From: Malacoraja senta
Taxonomy: Eukaryota
DNA: 64,000 bases
Assembly: GCA_038087875.1 (NCBI GenBank)
Contig: CM075980.1
Span: forward strand, 10,230,001-10,294,000
Direction of reading: 5' to 3'
Shown: piece after piece, positions 49,638 through 63,541 of the stretch
How the letters are laid out: each line of letters starts with the position of its first letter
Numbering within the stretch: the stretch's first letter is position 1
Program-made: the position numbers and the translations under genes
Notes under the pieces: model-generated
What the model was told of the DNA's origin: nothing
The model's input: the letters and a program-made list of their open reading frames with translations, nothing else
Database searches by the model: none

Positions 49638-52600
49638 TAGACTTCCGGTTGCGCCATGGAGCACTAAGGGCGTAGCATTGAGCTCCTCTCCCGTTAAAAT
49701 CGCTAAAAAGCCGTTTTCAGAAACAGGACCGATTTAAAAAAACTCACCGAGCTGCTTGGCGTCGCGTAAGTGACGTCATCAGAAAGCGACTCGAAAATCG
49801 GGAGTTTAACGGGAGTTTTAAATGAGCAAAGAGAAAAGCTCAGGGGCACCTAAGAAAATCACTATAAGTCTCCAGCTTGAGAAAGTTTTGGATACTCTGC
49901 AAACGACAGAAGAAGGCTCAGAAGAAGTCTTAAAGGGCTGTCTCACTGTGCGAGTTGACCCACGAGTGACCCTGAGTTTAAAACAAATTTAACTCGTGGT
50001 AATCACGTACAATTAACGTAGCGGGAACTTTGAAACTCGTGGACGCAACTTAGCGACTCTTGGCGCTAACGGGAGGTACACGTGAAACTTGTTAACTCTT
50101 GCAAAAGTTCAAACATGTTTGTACTTTTCCACGAGTAAAATGTACTCTTGAGGTTAAAATTTGAAACATTTTAAACTCGTTGTAAGAACCTAGTGGCCCG
50201 TGCGTTTAACTTTGTGACTCGTGAGTCTACCGTGGGAACTCTTTTTAGAAACAATAATCAGGGACAGAAATATCAGCTACTTAGACTTTTTAAAGACAAA
50301 TTCTGCTTAACAAAGTTAAGCAAGTTATTGATAAGGTGACAGAGTGGGTTGAAAATAAAAAAATTGCTTGAAGTTTATATATAAATTTGTGTTGTGTTGA
50401 AAAGCTTTTTGCTGATCCGTTTGATTCTCACTGTTTGTTTACTTCATTGCACAATAAAAGAGAGTTATTTGCTATCAAGATCAAATTGATGCCTGGAAGT
50501 CTTCATTTTAATATCACTACAAAGTCTCATGACTTGAATGTAATATTCCTTTCATCATAAAACACAAAATAGAGGAAGGCAAAATATATTCACATCTTGA
50601 TTCTCACAATCATTTGTGAGATTTAAGGACAGCTGCCTCATATGCTGTGCTTTTTAAATGTTTAAAATTGTCACCTCTCAGTAGATCAGAAAATAAGACA
50701 GTCTTATGTGAAACAAATGTCTTGAATGTGAAACAAAGTCTTTATTCTTGTTCAATATAAAAAACGCTTTTTTGCGCATATTGAGAAATATGCGTAATTT
50801 CCTGCAAACCCATATCACGGTGAAGCACCACAGCAAACAACACAGTGGTCTGAAAAAGGGCTTCTCATACATGAAAATCAACAAATGAAGCACAAATAAA
50901 AGTATTTCCACTATATACTAATTCAGCTGAGAAATGCACTAGTCTAAATTCAGGCAATAAAAGATACAATGCAATGCGCTAAATGACAAGTTTTGAGATC
51001 TACAATCAGATAAGCAGATGCATGATAACCACGTTTTAAAGGAAAGACAGATGCAATGAAATTACTTTTACACCACAATAAAAAATAAAATCCACACTTA
51101 AAGTTAAACAATGAAAAGACAACATATGAAACGGTCCGTAGCTTTTCATGAGGCTCTGCTAAGGGGTTGGAGCTCAATGTACAACAACATCAACGGAAGT
51201 CCATAATTTTTTCGCCACCTTAGGTGGCTATTCGTTTTTAAGGTATCTTTTCTTAGATACCTTAACATCACTTAAAAAAAAAATCACTATAAAGATTTCT
51301 ATTTGCTTATTTTTTTGTAATCAATTTTATATCACATTTTTTCTTTCTTTTTCTAAGGCACTATACAGGAAGGAGATGTAACATAAATCTAAAAACTCGG
51401 GATGACCACCCAACACCCAGAATTCTGAGGTATTTGGTTGCACCATATGAATCAAGAACACTATAATGATATATAATGCAAGACGATAGACAAATATAGA
51501 ATGGAGGAATTACATTTTGTAGTTGGAATATAAGGGGTGCCAATGAACCAATTAAGAGGGGTAAATTTTTTGCTCAATTAAAATCATTGAAATGCGACAT
51601 AATGTTTTTGCAGGAAACCCACATGAAACAACAAAGACAGATGAGATTAAAGGCGAAGTGGATAGGTCAAACATACTATTCTTCATTTACTTCTATATCT
51701 AGAGGTATGGCTATTCTTATTCGGAAAGGTATACCTTTTAAATTAAAGAATACTATATTAGATAAAGAGGGAAGGTATATTATAGTTTCGGGAGAAATTT
51801 ATGCAACCCCACTAACTATGATAAATATTTACGCTCCGAATTTTGACAACCCCCAATTTTTAAATAAAATTATTGATATAATATCAGACTTTAATTACCA
51901 AAATGTAATAATAGGGGGGGACTTCAATTGTGTTTTAGATCCATATTTAGACAAATCAGCAAAACAAAGGAGGGTTAATTTAAAATCTAAGACTAGTGAA
52001 CTTCTAAATACATATATAAAACATACTAATATAACAGATGTATGGAGAACTGCTAATCCAGTCGGAAGGGAATACTCGTTTTACTCATCGGTACATAAAA
52101 CTTATTCACGAATTGATTATTTTTTAGTGGATATGAAATTAATGCCATATACAATTAATCCAACATATCACATCAGTAGTATTTCTGATCATTCCCCGTT
52201 GACATTTTTAGTAAAATTCGAGGGAATGCCGGGTAAAAAATCTTTTTGGAGGTTTAATACACACATTTTAAATGACTTACAAGGTTATCAATATTTAAAA
52301 AAACAAATGAAACTTTTTTTGAGACAAATGATACACCAGGTATTTCGCCTTCTTTATTATGGGAAACTTTCAAGGCATTTATTAGAGGAATTATAATTTC
52401 ATATCAAATTTTTCAAAATAAAAAGAAGAAGACAGAACAAATGTTGCAAGAACAAGAAATTAGACAGTTAGTTAGATAATGCCAAAGATCCTACTACAGA
52501 TAAACATAATAAGATAATACTACTGAAATTTAAACTTAATCGAATTTTATCGGCAAGAGTAATAAGATTATTCCAAATTACAAAACAGGAACATTTTGAA

Positions 52601-55600
52601 TTTGGTGACAAACCACATAAGCTTTTAGCTCGTCAATTGAAAAAACAAGAAAAGGAAAATACTATAACTAAAATTAAATCAGAGAAAGGTGAATTACTAA
52701 TATTACCTGAAGATATTAACAATATTGCTCAATTTTATCAACATTTATATACATCTAAAATTAAAATAGAAGATAGTAAAATTATAATTTTTTTAGATAA
52801 CTGTAATCTTCCAAAACTTGATCTTTCGGAAAAAGAGGAACTTGGAGCTCAGATTACACTCGAAGGAATAGGTGAAACAATAAAATCGTTGAAAAATGGT
52901 AAGACACCTGGACCAGATGGTTTTAGTAATGAATTTTATAAAAAATTTCATGAGATAACGTCTCCATATTTATTCAATTTATATACTCACGCTTTTAAAG
53001 AAAATAAACTACCTGAAACATTAGCAGAATCAACAATTACGCTTATTCCCAAAAAAGATAAAGATTTAGATGATGCGGGCTCATATAGAGCTATATCAGT
53101 TTTAAATACAGACCAGAAAATTTTAGCAAAGACTTTAGCAAGAAGATTGAGTAAATATATTAGTAAATTGATAAACCCTGATCAAACGGAGTTTATACCC
53201 AAAAGACACTCATTTAATAATTTGAGACGCCTGTTTAATATAATGTACTCACATAAAACGGAGGAAGAAGATATATCAATTGTTTCTCTGGACGCAGAGA
53301 AAGCATTTGATCAGGAAGAGTGGCAGTATTTATATAAAGTACTGCAAACATTTAATATGGGAGGGAATTTTATTGCATGGGTAAAATTATTATATGATAA
53401 ACCGATGGCAAGAATATTAACCAATAATATGTTATCTCCAAAATTTCAATTATCAAGGGGCAATAGGCAGGGATGTGCGTTATCACCCCTGCTATTTGCC
53501 CTTGTGATAGAGCCCCTGGCTGAAAGTATAAGAATTCATCCGAATATCCAGGGATACAATACTAGGGACTCAAATAATAAAATTTCATTATATGCAGACG
53601 ATATACTTCTATATATTACAAATTCACAAATGAGCATACCAAATTTATTAAATTTAATAGAGGAATTCGGGTCCTTTTCTGGATATAGAATAAACTGGAA
53701 TAAAAGTGAAATCATGACGTTAAAACCTCAAGAATCTGCACACTTATTGAAATTCCCCTTTAAAATTGCAACAGAAAAATTTAAATGTGTGTGTGTTCAA
53801 ATTACTAGAAAATATAAAGCATTATTCAATGCTAATTTTATGCCTTTATTAAATAAACTCAACACGTTGATTAAATTTTGGAAAACACTTCCTTTATCAT
53901 TAATAGGTAGAATAAACGCTATAAAAATGATCTTTCTACCACAATTATTATACCTATTTCAATCTATACCATTATATATACCAAAACTAAAAAAAAAAAA
54001 AATTAGACTAATATTACTAATTTTATTTGGGATTATAGATCACACAGAATAGAAAACAACAACACTCATGTAAACCAAAAGATGTCGGGGGACTTTCACT
54101 CCCGAACTTTTCGTATTACTATTGGGCAGTGCATATTAAGAATATAATTTACTGGTTGGACAGTTCCACCCAACAGACAGAATGGATAAGAATGGAGAAA
54201 GAGGATTGTTTTCCTTGTAATATAGGAACGATCCTCTTGTCCCCGAAAAAACTGAACAACACAATATATAAGAAGAACCCAATTATACACGATATAATAA
54301 GAATTTGGAAACAAATAAAATTATCTCTAAAATTAAGAAATCTATCATTGTTAATGCCAATAGCGAATAATCCTTCATTTAAACCCATCTCTTATTGATA
54401 AAACTTATAACCAATGGGAAAGAATGGGAATTAAAAGGATCGGTGATATGTATGAAATGGGAAACCTATTATCATTCCAACAATTACAATTAAAATTTAA
54501 ACTGAAAAATAACCAATATTTTAAATATCTTCAGATTTGCGATTTCATGAAGAAATACATTCAAGGATATCAAAACATAACTTTTGATTTACTGGAAGAA
54601 GCAATGAATATTAAGGCTGACTCTCAGAAATTAATATCATATTTATATAATATTATTTTAAATATAGACCTACCATCGACAGAGATACTTAGAGAAGAGT
54701 GGGAACGGGAATTAATGATAAAAATTACGAAGGTTACATGGGAAAAGTATTTGATATATATACACAAATGTTCGATTAATGCAAGACATAATTTAATTCA
54801 ATTTAAAATTTTACATAGATTATATTATTCAAAAACTAGATTGAATACATTTTATCCAAATATATCCCCCATTTGTGATAAATATCTATCCCAAAACGCA
54901 ACTATAACACACTCTTTCGTTTCCTGCATAAAACTTTACAAATTTTCGAGTGATATTTTTGAAATATTTACAAAATTATTCAAGATAAAAATGGAACCTA
55001 ATACTGAAATGATTATATTTGGAGTAATGGAAGATGGGAATAAATTGAACTCATCTCAAAATTTATTTTTAAATTATGGTTTAATAATAGCAAAAAAACG
55101 AATACTTAAATTCTGGAAAAATACATCAATACCAACGCTTAAAATGTGGATTTCAAGCATGTTGGACACCGCACATCTTGAGGAAATGCGATTTCTCCTA
55201 AGATAAATCAGGCCAATTCTTAACGATTGGTCTCCATTTGTCGTCTTTTTGGAAGCATATAGTGCAACATAATTGTAAAAGCTAACTGTTCCAGGACTGG
55301 GTGAGGGATGGTCAAGATTATAAATAATGATCTCCTTATTTTTATTTTTTTATTTCCTACTCTTTTTTTTTCCTATCTTCTTTTCTTCACTTTTCTTCTT
55401 TCACTCTTTTTTTTCTTTTTCACACACTATATATCTCACGTGTTTCTATCTTTTATTATCTATTCTCTTTTTCTTTTTCATCTTTATTATAATAAAAAAA
55501 AATAAGAAGCTGTACATAAAATGTATTATGTCAATATATATTAGGCACTTTGGTGCCATATGATTGTACTTACTTCTAATAAAATAAAAATAAAAAAAAT

Positions 55601-55606
55601 AAAAAC
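49638..55606 (+). mobile_element. Near-full-length AT-rich L1 (family B): disrupted ORF1, ORF2 pseudogene ~51476-55272
   Basis: 5' end gacttccggtt. ORF1 starts at 49822. APE endonuclease (SWNIRG, FLQETH, NIYAPN, GGDFN, SRIDY, SDHSP), RT (PGPDGF, RQGCALSP, YADD) and an A-rich tail. 10-bp TSD AGAATGGTCT at 49628-49637 and 55607-55616. Empty site gaagattggtctcgacc at ~2551. Confidence 0.95.
49933..50244. mobile_element. Probable Harbinger/PIF-like MITE nested in L1 ORF1
   Basis: Starts aagggctgtctcact and is flanked by TTA on both sides. Removing it rejoins ORF1 (..EEV-L-ETIIRDRN..). The right TIR is degenerate. Confidence 0.4.
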
Positions 55607-56559
55607 AGAATGGTCTCGACACGAAACGTCACCCATTCCTTCTATCCAGAGATGCTGCCTGTCCCGCTGAGTTACTCCCGTTTTCTTTTATCTATCTTCC
55701 CATACTGACCATTCTGTCCTGTCGTCGTCAGAGTGAGGCCACACGCAAATTTAAAGAACAGCACCTCATATTTCGCTTGGGCAACTTTCAACCCAGTGGT
55801 ATGATAATTGATGTCTCTAATTTCAAGCTACTCTTGCATCCCCCCATCCTTATATCCTTCTCGTTATCACCCTTTCCCCAGCCAACAATGGTCTACTGTG
55901 GGCTCCACCCTTCCTGAAGTCATCTGTTACCAGCCCTGATTTGTTCTGGCCTTGTCATTTACAGTTTCCACCCCCACCTCTTTCAGTTTCAAGAAGGCTT
56001 CCGATCCGAAACATCACCTATTATTTTTCTCCAGAGATGCAGCCTGACTCGCTGAGTTATTCCTACATTTTGTGTCTACTGTCCGTTTATAGTTCTTTAG
56101 CTAAATTCCTCCCCATCCATGTATTTATTTTTGGGATTAATGAATTGTTGGTCAGACAATGAATCGATCGCCCATCCCTATCTGCCATTGAGAAGCTGAT
56201 GATAAACTACCTTGATGCTGTCTGACCTGCTGAGCTACTTCGGCTTTTTTGTCTATCTTCAGCAACTGTAATCTTGTGATGCCATTCATGTTATACATCC
56301 AAATGTTGGATCAAGGAAGTGTGAACGATGATATAGTTCCAAGCCTTGATGTGCTTGGAAGTTACATTGCCGACAACTACATTATTATGCAGAAGATAAA
56401 CACAAAATGCTGAAGTAAATCAACGGGCAGGCAGAATCTCTGGAGACACGGGATAGGTGGCAGCTTCTGCACCAAGTGCCCAATTCAAATGAGCACCTGT
56501 AGTTCCTGGACTCTGCAGAACGACTTGGATACGTTGGGGGTGTGAGCCGAGTAGTTGGA

Positions 56560-59500
56560 TATGGAATACAGCACAGCAAAGTGTGGAGTCATGCATTTGG
56601 GTAGCAGGAATAAAGGCATAGACAATTTTCTAAATGGGGAAACAATTCACAAATCGGAGATACAAAGGGACTTGGGAGTGCTGTTGCAGGATTAGCATAA
56701 AGTTAATTTGCAAGTCGAATCAGTAGGAAAGAATGTGAATGCAATGCTAGGATTTATTTCGAGAGGGCTAGAATAGAAAACATGTATGTAATGCTGAGGT
56801 TTTATAAGGAACTGCTCAGACTGGATTTGGATTATTATGCACAGTTTTAGGCCCCATATCTGAGGAAATATGTGTTGACTTTGGAGAGGGTCCAGAGGAG
56901 GTTCACGAGAATGATCCCAGGAATAAATGGGTTAATATGTGATGAGGGCACAGGGCTTGTATTGGCAGGAGTTTAGAAGGATGAAGGGGTACCTCATTGA
57001 AACTTACCGAATAGTGAAAGGCTTGTATAGAGTAAACATGGACACGATGATTCCACTGGTGGGAGAGTCTGGGGCCAGTGGCCATAGACTCAGCATTAAA
57101 GGACGTATCTTTAGAAAGGAGATGAGGAGGATTTTGTTCGGTCAGAGGGTGGTGAGTCTTTGGAATCTATTGCCATATATAGGCGTGGATATTTTTACAT
57201 AGAAACACAGAAATATAGAAAATAGGTGCAGTAGTAGGCCATTATGCCCTTCGAGCCTACACCGCCATCCGATATGATCATCCCTAATCATCCATAATCA
57301 GTACTCCGTTCCTGCATTTCCCCCCATATCCCTTGATTCCGTTAGCCCAAAGAGCTATATCTAACTCTCTTGAAAATATCCAATGAATTGGCCTCCACTG
57401 CCTTCTGTGGCAAAGAATTCCACAGATTCACAACTCTCTTTGTGAAAACGTTTCTCCTCATCTCAGTCCCAAATGGTCTACCCCTTATTCTCAATCTGTG
57501 ACGCCTGGTTCTGTTCACCCCTAACATCGGGGGGGGGGGGGATTCTACATCTAGCCTGTCCAATTCCTTCACAATTTTATTTGTTTCTACAGGATCCCTT
57601 CTCATCCTTCTACTTTTAGTGAATTGAAGCCCTGTCATCCCATTCTTTCATCATATGTCATTCCCGCCATCCCGGGAATTAACCTGGCGAATTTATGCTT
57701 CACTCCCACAATAGCAAGAATGTCCTTCCTCAAATTAGGGGACCAAAACTGCACACAACAGTCCAGATGTGGTCTCATCAGGGCCCTTTACAGCTGCAGT
57801 AGGACCTCCTTGCTTCTGTACTCAAATCCTCTCGCTATGAAGGCCAACATGCCATTTCCTTTCTTCACTGCCTGCTGTACCTGCATGCTTACATTCAGTG
57901 ACTGGTGTACAAGGACATGCAGGCCTCGTGGCACCTCACCTTTTCCTAATCTGACACAATTCAGATTATAATCTGCCTTCTTGTTCTTGCCACCAAAGTG
58001 CATAACCTCACATGTATCCACATTATACTGCATCTGCCATGCATCTGCCCACTCACCTAACCTATCCAAGTCACCCTACAGCCCCATACCACCCTCCTCG
58101 CAGCTCACACTGCCACCCAGCTTTGTGTCATCCGCAAACTTTGAGATGTTACTTTTAATTCCCTCATCTAGATCGTTAATATATATTGAAAATAACTGTG
58201 GTTACAGCACTGAGCCTTGTGGCACCCCACTAGTCACTGCCTGCCATTCTGAAAAGGACCGATTAAGTCCTTCTCTTTGCTTCCTGCCTGCCAACCAGTC
58301 CCTTATCCATGTCAATACCCTACTCCCAAAACCATGTGCTCTAGTTTTGCACACTAGTCTCTTGTGTGGGTCCTTGTCAAAGGCGTATTGAAAGTCCAGA
58401 TACAACACATCAACTGGCTCTCCCTTTTCCATTCTACTGGTTACATCCTCAAAAGTTTCCAGAAGATTAGTCAAGCATGAATTCCCCTTCATAAACCCAT
58501 GCTGACTTTGTCCGATCCCTTCATTGCTTTCCAAATGCGGTGCAATTACATCTTTAATAATTCAATAATTTTAAAGTGGAGATTGACAGATCCTTAATTG
58601 GTACGGGTGACAGGGGGTACGGAGATAAGACATGAGAATGGGGTTGAGAGGTTAAGATAGATTGGCCATGATTAAATGGTGGAGTAGCTTTGATGGGCCG
58701 AATGGCCTAATTCTGCTCCTAGAACAATGAATTTATGAATTTATGAATTATGCATCTGGTTCTTGAATGCCTTGGTGACAATTTTGTTGAGGTTATACAT
58801 AAGGGGACTGATTAGAATGCATTCTGTAGACGGCACAGACTGTGGGCTTGTTGCACTTGTGGCAAAGAGAGACAAAGGATGGGATTATGTCATTAAAATA
58901 AAAACTTAATCCTGTAAAATGTCGGACTTCTTGAATGTTGTCGGAGCAGAAGCCATCACGACATATGGCAAGGATATCATCACAGCCATATTGATCTTAG
59001 TTAAGCAATATCAGAGAAGTCTTAAGAGTTTGGTATTGAGTGGGGAACTGGAATGAGATTGAATGGAGATAGATTATTTTGGTTCCAACACGATCTATAT
59101 TATAGAAAATACGAGCAAATATTCATGAAGTAGTAAATCTCACGCCTTTCCGCTCATTAAGTCTGAACTGATATAGACGGCGGTTAATAATAAGACGTAA
59201 CGTGAATTTCTGCCCTTCCAGGTTCCTGTTTGCTATAGCTGGTCTGGAGAACTCAAAAGTCCTGGCACCTTTCGGAGTCATGATCTAATGTGCAGTCTTT
59301 CTCTCTCTCTCATGCAGGTGAGTTCTGTGAGCTGTATCGAAACATTCATTTATACAATCAATAAATCTGATCTCGAAACAAAAGTAAACTCTTTTTCAAA
59401 ACTAGTTTTCTTCTTTGTACTCAAGAAACAGTGAGCTATTTATTAAATCAAGGGTCGAGCAAGTCTCGTATGTTTCTAAGAAATAAATTGAGATATCCCA

Positions 59501-61790
59501 ATAGACATCTGGAAGTGCAGTGGGGTCAACACTGTTTTATTAGTCACCATGTCCACTTTCTTGACTGTTAAACATTAAACAATCCTTCATCAATGCACTC
59601 TGCTCGATCTTTGACATGGTATTGACATGGATAGAGAATTAATTGGGAAACAGGAAACAAAGAGTAGGAATAAACGGGTTCCTGTCGGAATGGTAGGCAT
59701 GGCGAGTGGAGTGCCGCAAGGCTCGGTGCTTGGACCGCAATTATTTACAATATATATTAATGATTTAGATGATGGCATTAAAAGTAACACTAGCAAATTT
59801 GCAGATGACACGAAGTTAGGTGGCATTGTGAAGTCGAAGAGGATGCTAGGATGTGGCAGGGCGACTTGGACAGGTTGAGTGAGTGGACAGATGCATGGCA
59901 GATGCAGTATAATGTAGATAATTGTGAGTTTATCCACTTTGGTGGCAAGAACAAGGAGGCAGATTATTATCTCAATGGTGTCAGATTAGGAAAAAGGGAA
60001 GTGCAGCGAGACTTGGGTGTCCTTGTACACCAGTCACTGAAAGAAAACATGCAGGTACAGCAGGCAGTGAAGAAAGCTAATGGCATGTTGGCCTTCATAA
60101 TGAGAGGATTTGAGTAGAGGAGTAAAGAGGTCCTTCTGCAGTTGTACAGGGCCCTGGTGAGACCACATCTCGAGTATTGTGTGCAGTTTCGGCCTACTAA
60201 TTTGAGGAAGGACATCCTTGCTATTGAGGCAGTGCAGCGTAGGTTCAAGAGGTTAATCCCTGGGATGGCGGGACTATCATATGAGGAAAGATTGGAAAGA
60301 TTGGGCTTGTATTCACTGAAATTTAGAAGGATGAGGGGGATCTTATAGAAACTTATAAAATTATAAAAGAACTGGACAAGCTAGTCGCAGGAAAAATGAT
60401 CCCAATGATGGGGGAAACCCAGAACCAGGGGCCACAGTCTAAGAATAAAGGGGAGGCCATTTAAAACTGAGAGGAGAAAAAACTTTCACCCAGAGAGTTG
60501 TGAATTTGTGGAATACTCGGCAACAGAAGGCCGTAAAGGCCCATTCACGAGATGAATTTCAAAGTTAGATAGAGCTATCGGGGCTAGCAGAATCAAGGGA
60601 TATGGGGAGAAGGCAGGCACGGGTTACTGATTGTGGTTGATCGGCCATGATCAAAATGAATAATGGTGCAGGCTCGAAGGGCCAAATGGCCTCCTCCTGC
60701 ACATATTTTCTATGTTTCTATCATACGGCCACATCTAATTCTTCAACATTATTCATTTGTAGGATGATTGCATCTATGGGAACGCAGTATTTATTGCCCA
60801 TCCAAATGAGGGAACACAGAGCACAAGGAACTGCAGATGCTGGAGTCATGATAAAACACAAAGTGCTGGAGTAACACGGGGTGTGCCTCAGGGTTCGGTG
60901 CTAGGCCCGTTAATGTTTGTCATCTATATCAATGATTTGAATGGCATCGTACTTGGCAAGATTAGCAAGTTTGCAGATGATACAAACTTGGGAACTTTTG
61001 CAGATAGTGGAGATGGTTGTGAAAATGTGCAGCAGGATCTTGATCAATTTGCCAGCTAGGCTGAGCAATGGTTGATGGAATTTAATGCAGAGAAATGTGA
61101 AGTTGCATTTTCGGAATTATAACATAGGCAGGACCTAGGCAGTCGACGGTAGATCGGGTGGTCAAAAAGGCTTTTGGCACATTGGCCTTCATCAGCCAGA
61201 GTAATGAGTATAGAGGTTGGGAGGTCTTGTTGCAGATGTATAAGACGTTGGTGACGCCGCATTTAGATTATTGTGTTCAGTCTTATAGGAAAGATTTCGA
61301 CAAGCTGGAAAGGGTCCAGAGAAGATTTACGAGGATGTTGCCAGGACTAGAGGGTCTGAGGTATAGGGAGGGGTTGAGTAGGCTGGAACTCTATTCCTTG
61401 GAGCGCACGAAGATGAGGGGAAATCTTATAGAGGTGTATAGGGTCGTCAGAGGAATAGATCGGGTAGATGTACATTCCCTTGCCCAGAGCAGGTGAATCG
61501 AGGACCAGGTATGGTGACGGGGCAAAGATTTAATAGGAAAATGAGAGGTAACTTTTTCCCACAGAGGGTGGTGGGTGTATGGAACAAGCAGCCAGAGGAG
61601 GTAGTTGTGTCAGGGACTATCCCAACGTTTAAAAAACAGTTAGAGAGGTAAATGGATATGACAGATTTGGAGGGATATGGACCTATTACGGGCAGGTGGG
61701 ACAAGTGTAGATGGGACGTTGGACAATGTGGAAAAGTTGGGCCGAAGGGCCTGTTTCCACACTCTATGGCTCTATGACTCTCGTTGACTC
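56560..61790. mobile_element. CR1 fragment series of unit C: + ~56560-57180, - ~57190-58540, + ~59610-60720, + ~60875-61790
   Basis: Same RT motifs and order as in units A and B. Locally more complete (a ~260-bp piece at 57191-57451 is missing in A and B). Confidence 0.85.
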
Positions 61791-62084
61791 TATGGGGCAT
61801 CATGTAGCATCTGCGGATCGGCATTTGGGGAGGTAATAATGAACAGCCATGAGCCAGTGCAATCTTTCGCGTGTTCATTTTCTCACGGTATTGCACGTTG
61901 CAAAGTTTAAAACGTGCAGCAGTGAGAGAAGGATGAGAACGGTGAGAGCAGGGACCTGTGTAAATAAACATTAGGTAAACTTGCTAGTCGTAGTGACATG
62001 CCTACGGTCAGAGTGGCTTGTGCGCGCAATTGCAGCTCTTTCTGCAGATGGTACAAATTGTAGTCACTTTAGTTTAATTTGGAG

Positions 62085-62270
62085 ATACAGCGCCTAAACA
62101 GGCCCTTCTACCCACTGATCAACAGTCCCCGCACATTAACATTATCCGACACACTTTAGGGACAATATATAATTTTAGCAATCCAATGAACCTACCAAAC
62201 TGTCTTTGTCGTGTGGAAGGAAACCGAAGCTACCTGGGAAATCTCAGGCAGGTCATGGGGAAAACGTAGT
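62085..62270 (-). mobile_element. SINE fragment (homologue of 8690-8880)
   Basis: Colinear position and sequence similarity. Confidence 0.5.
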
Positions 62271-63215
62271 GGTGAAACGCTGAACGGTTAAGTTAATGGA
62301 TGGCTGACCAGTCACGTGCACTGCTAAACTTATTTAGTTTAATGACAATTTAAGTACAATTATTCATGATAATTCCTTTTTCTCACCCGCTATTACCCGA
62401 AAACCGCTCTTCGCGTTTCTCCCTTGTCAGTTTTGCCAGATAGCTGGAGTGCCCATATTCCATTCAACTTTAATTGAATATGGATGTGCTGCATGTAAAA
62501 TTCCTGTCGTCCTGCCGTACTACAAAGTCGAAAGAACTCTGGAAGTGGTCGGTGAGAGCCAATATGTCCCCTTTTTCTTCACTCATACATGCATTAATGT
62601 GGTACAGGTAACCTTTCCACTTTGAGTCGTGGCAGGTTTTGCGAATTACTGCGCATTACAATAGGATAGTATGACAGACCGCTTTTCCAAACACGACACA
62701 CATCGGGTAGTCACAATAGCCTCCAAAACGGCAACTTTACTGACATTTGTAGTGATGTTCTGTCCCCTCAGGTTCTTTCTAAATTATCTGATACACAAGT
62801 AGAAGGGCAGTCTGCGGGATTTATGATTTCTAAAATTACAAAGATATTTAGATTTAATATGATATATAATTAAACAAAAAGTGCCGAGGAGGTGACCGTC
62901 ATCATGTTTTATTCAGCGATACGGATTCAGTTGGACCGTTTAGATAAAATATTTCTATTCCATTTTCATTGGTGAGTAAACAGTTACCGAATATAATATT
63001 TAATACTCGCAGACAATTTGTTTAGTATATATATGCGGAGGGGTCAAATTGAAAATTATAGATTGTTTGTTAATAAAGAAGGGGCAACTGTGGCAATCCT
63101 TGTTATTCTGATGTATGTATGAGAACGCATGAAGCTTTTTAGAAATACAAATCTCTAAAATAAGACCTGCGTGTTTCACAGTGGCGAATATTTTGAGGAA
63201 GAATATGGCAATTTC

Positions 63216-63297
63216 TGATTGGCTTCTACGATGATACCAGTTTGATTGGTTTGGATAAATAAACACACGGTGACATCTCGTCATTCCATTTATAAAG
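63216..63297 (+). promoter_or_regulatory. IgL cluster 3 promoter
   Basis: TGATTGG at 63216 and 63243, TGACATCTCGTCA, and TATAAA at 63291. Confidence 0.7.
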
Positions 63298-63372
63298 AGA
63301 GACAGAGAGCAAGATTACACGCCACTTGTCCTGGAAACTGCCGCCCTATCGGAGCTCAGTCGGTTATTGAAA

Positions 63373-63421
63373 ATGTCTTATTGGATCCGTGTGGTCGGTG
63401 CGTTGGTGTTTTGCGCAGTTT
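63373..63421 (+). CDS. IGL: Ig light chain cluster 3, leader exon (MSYWIRVVGALVFCAV)
   Basis: The first ATG is mutated to TTG; the second in-frame ATG and the gtgagt donor are intact. Confidence 0.85.
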
Positions 63422-63541
63422 GTGAGTATTTTACTTTCCTGGACATTATACTTATTTCTATTCACCATTAATTTGGAGTTACCTCCCACACTTCACAAAC
63501 TTAACAATTTTCTTTTTTTTCTGATATTTCTCTTTTCTCAG

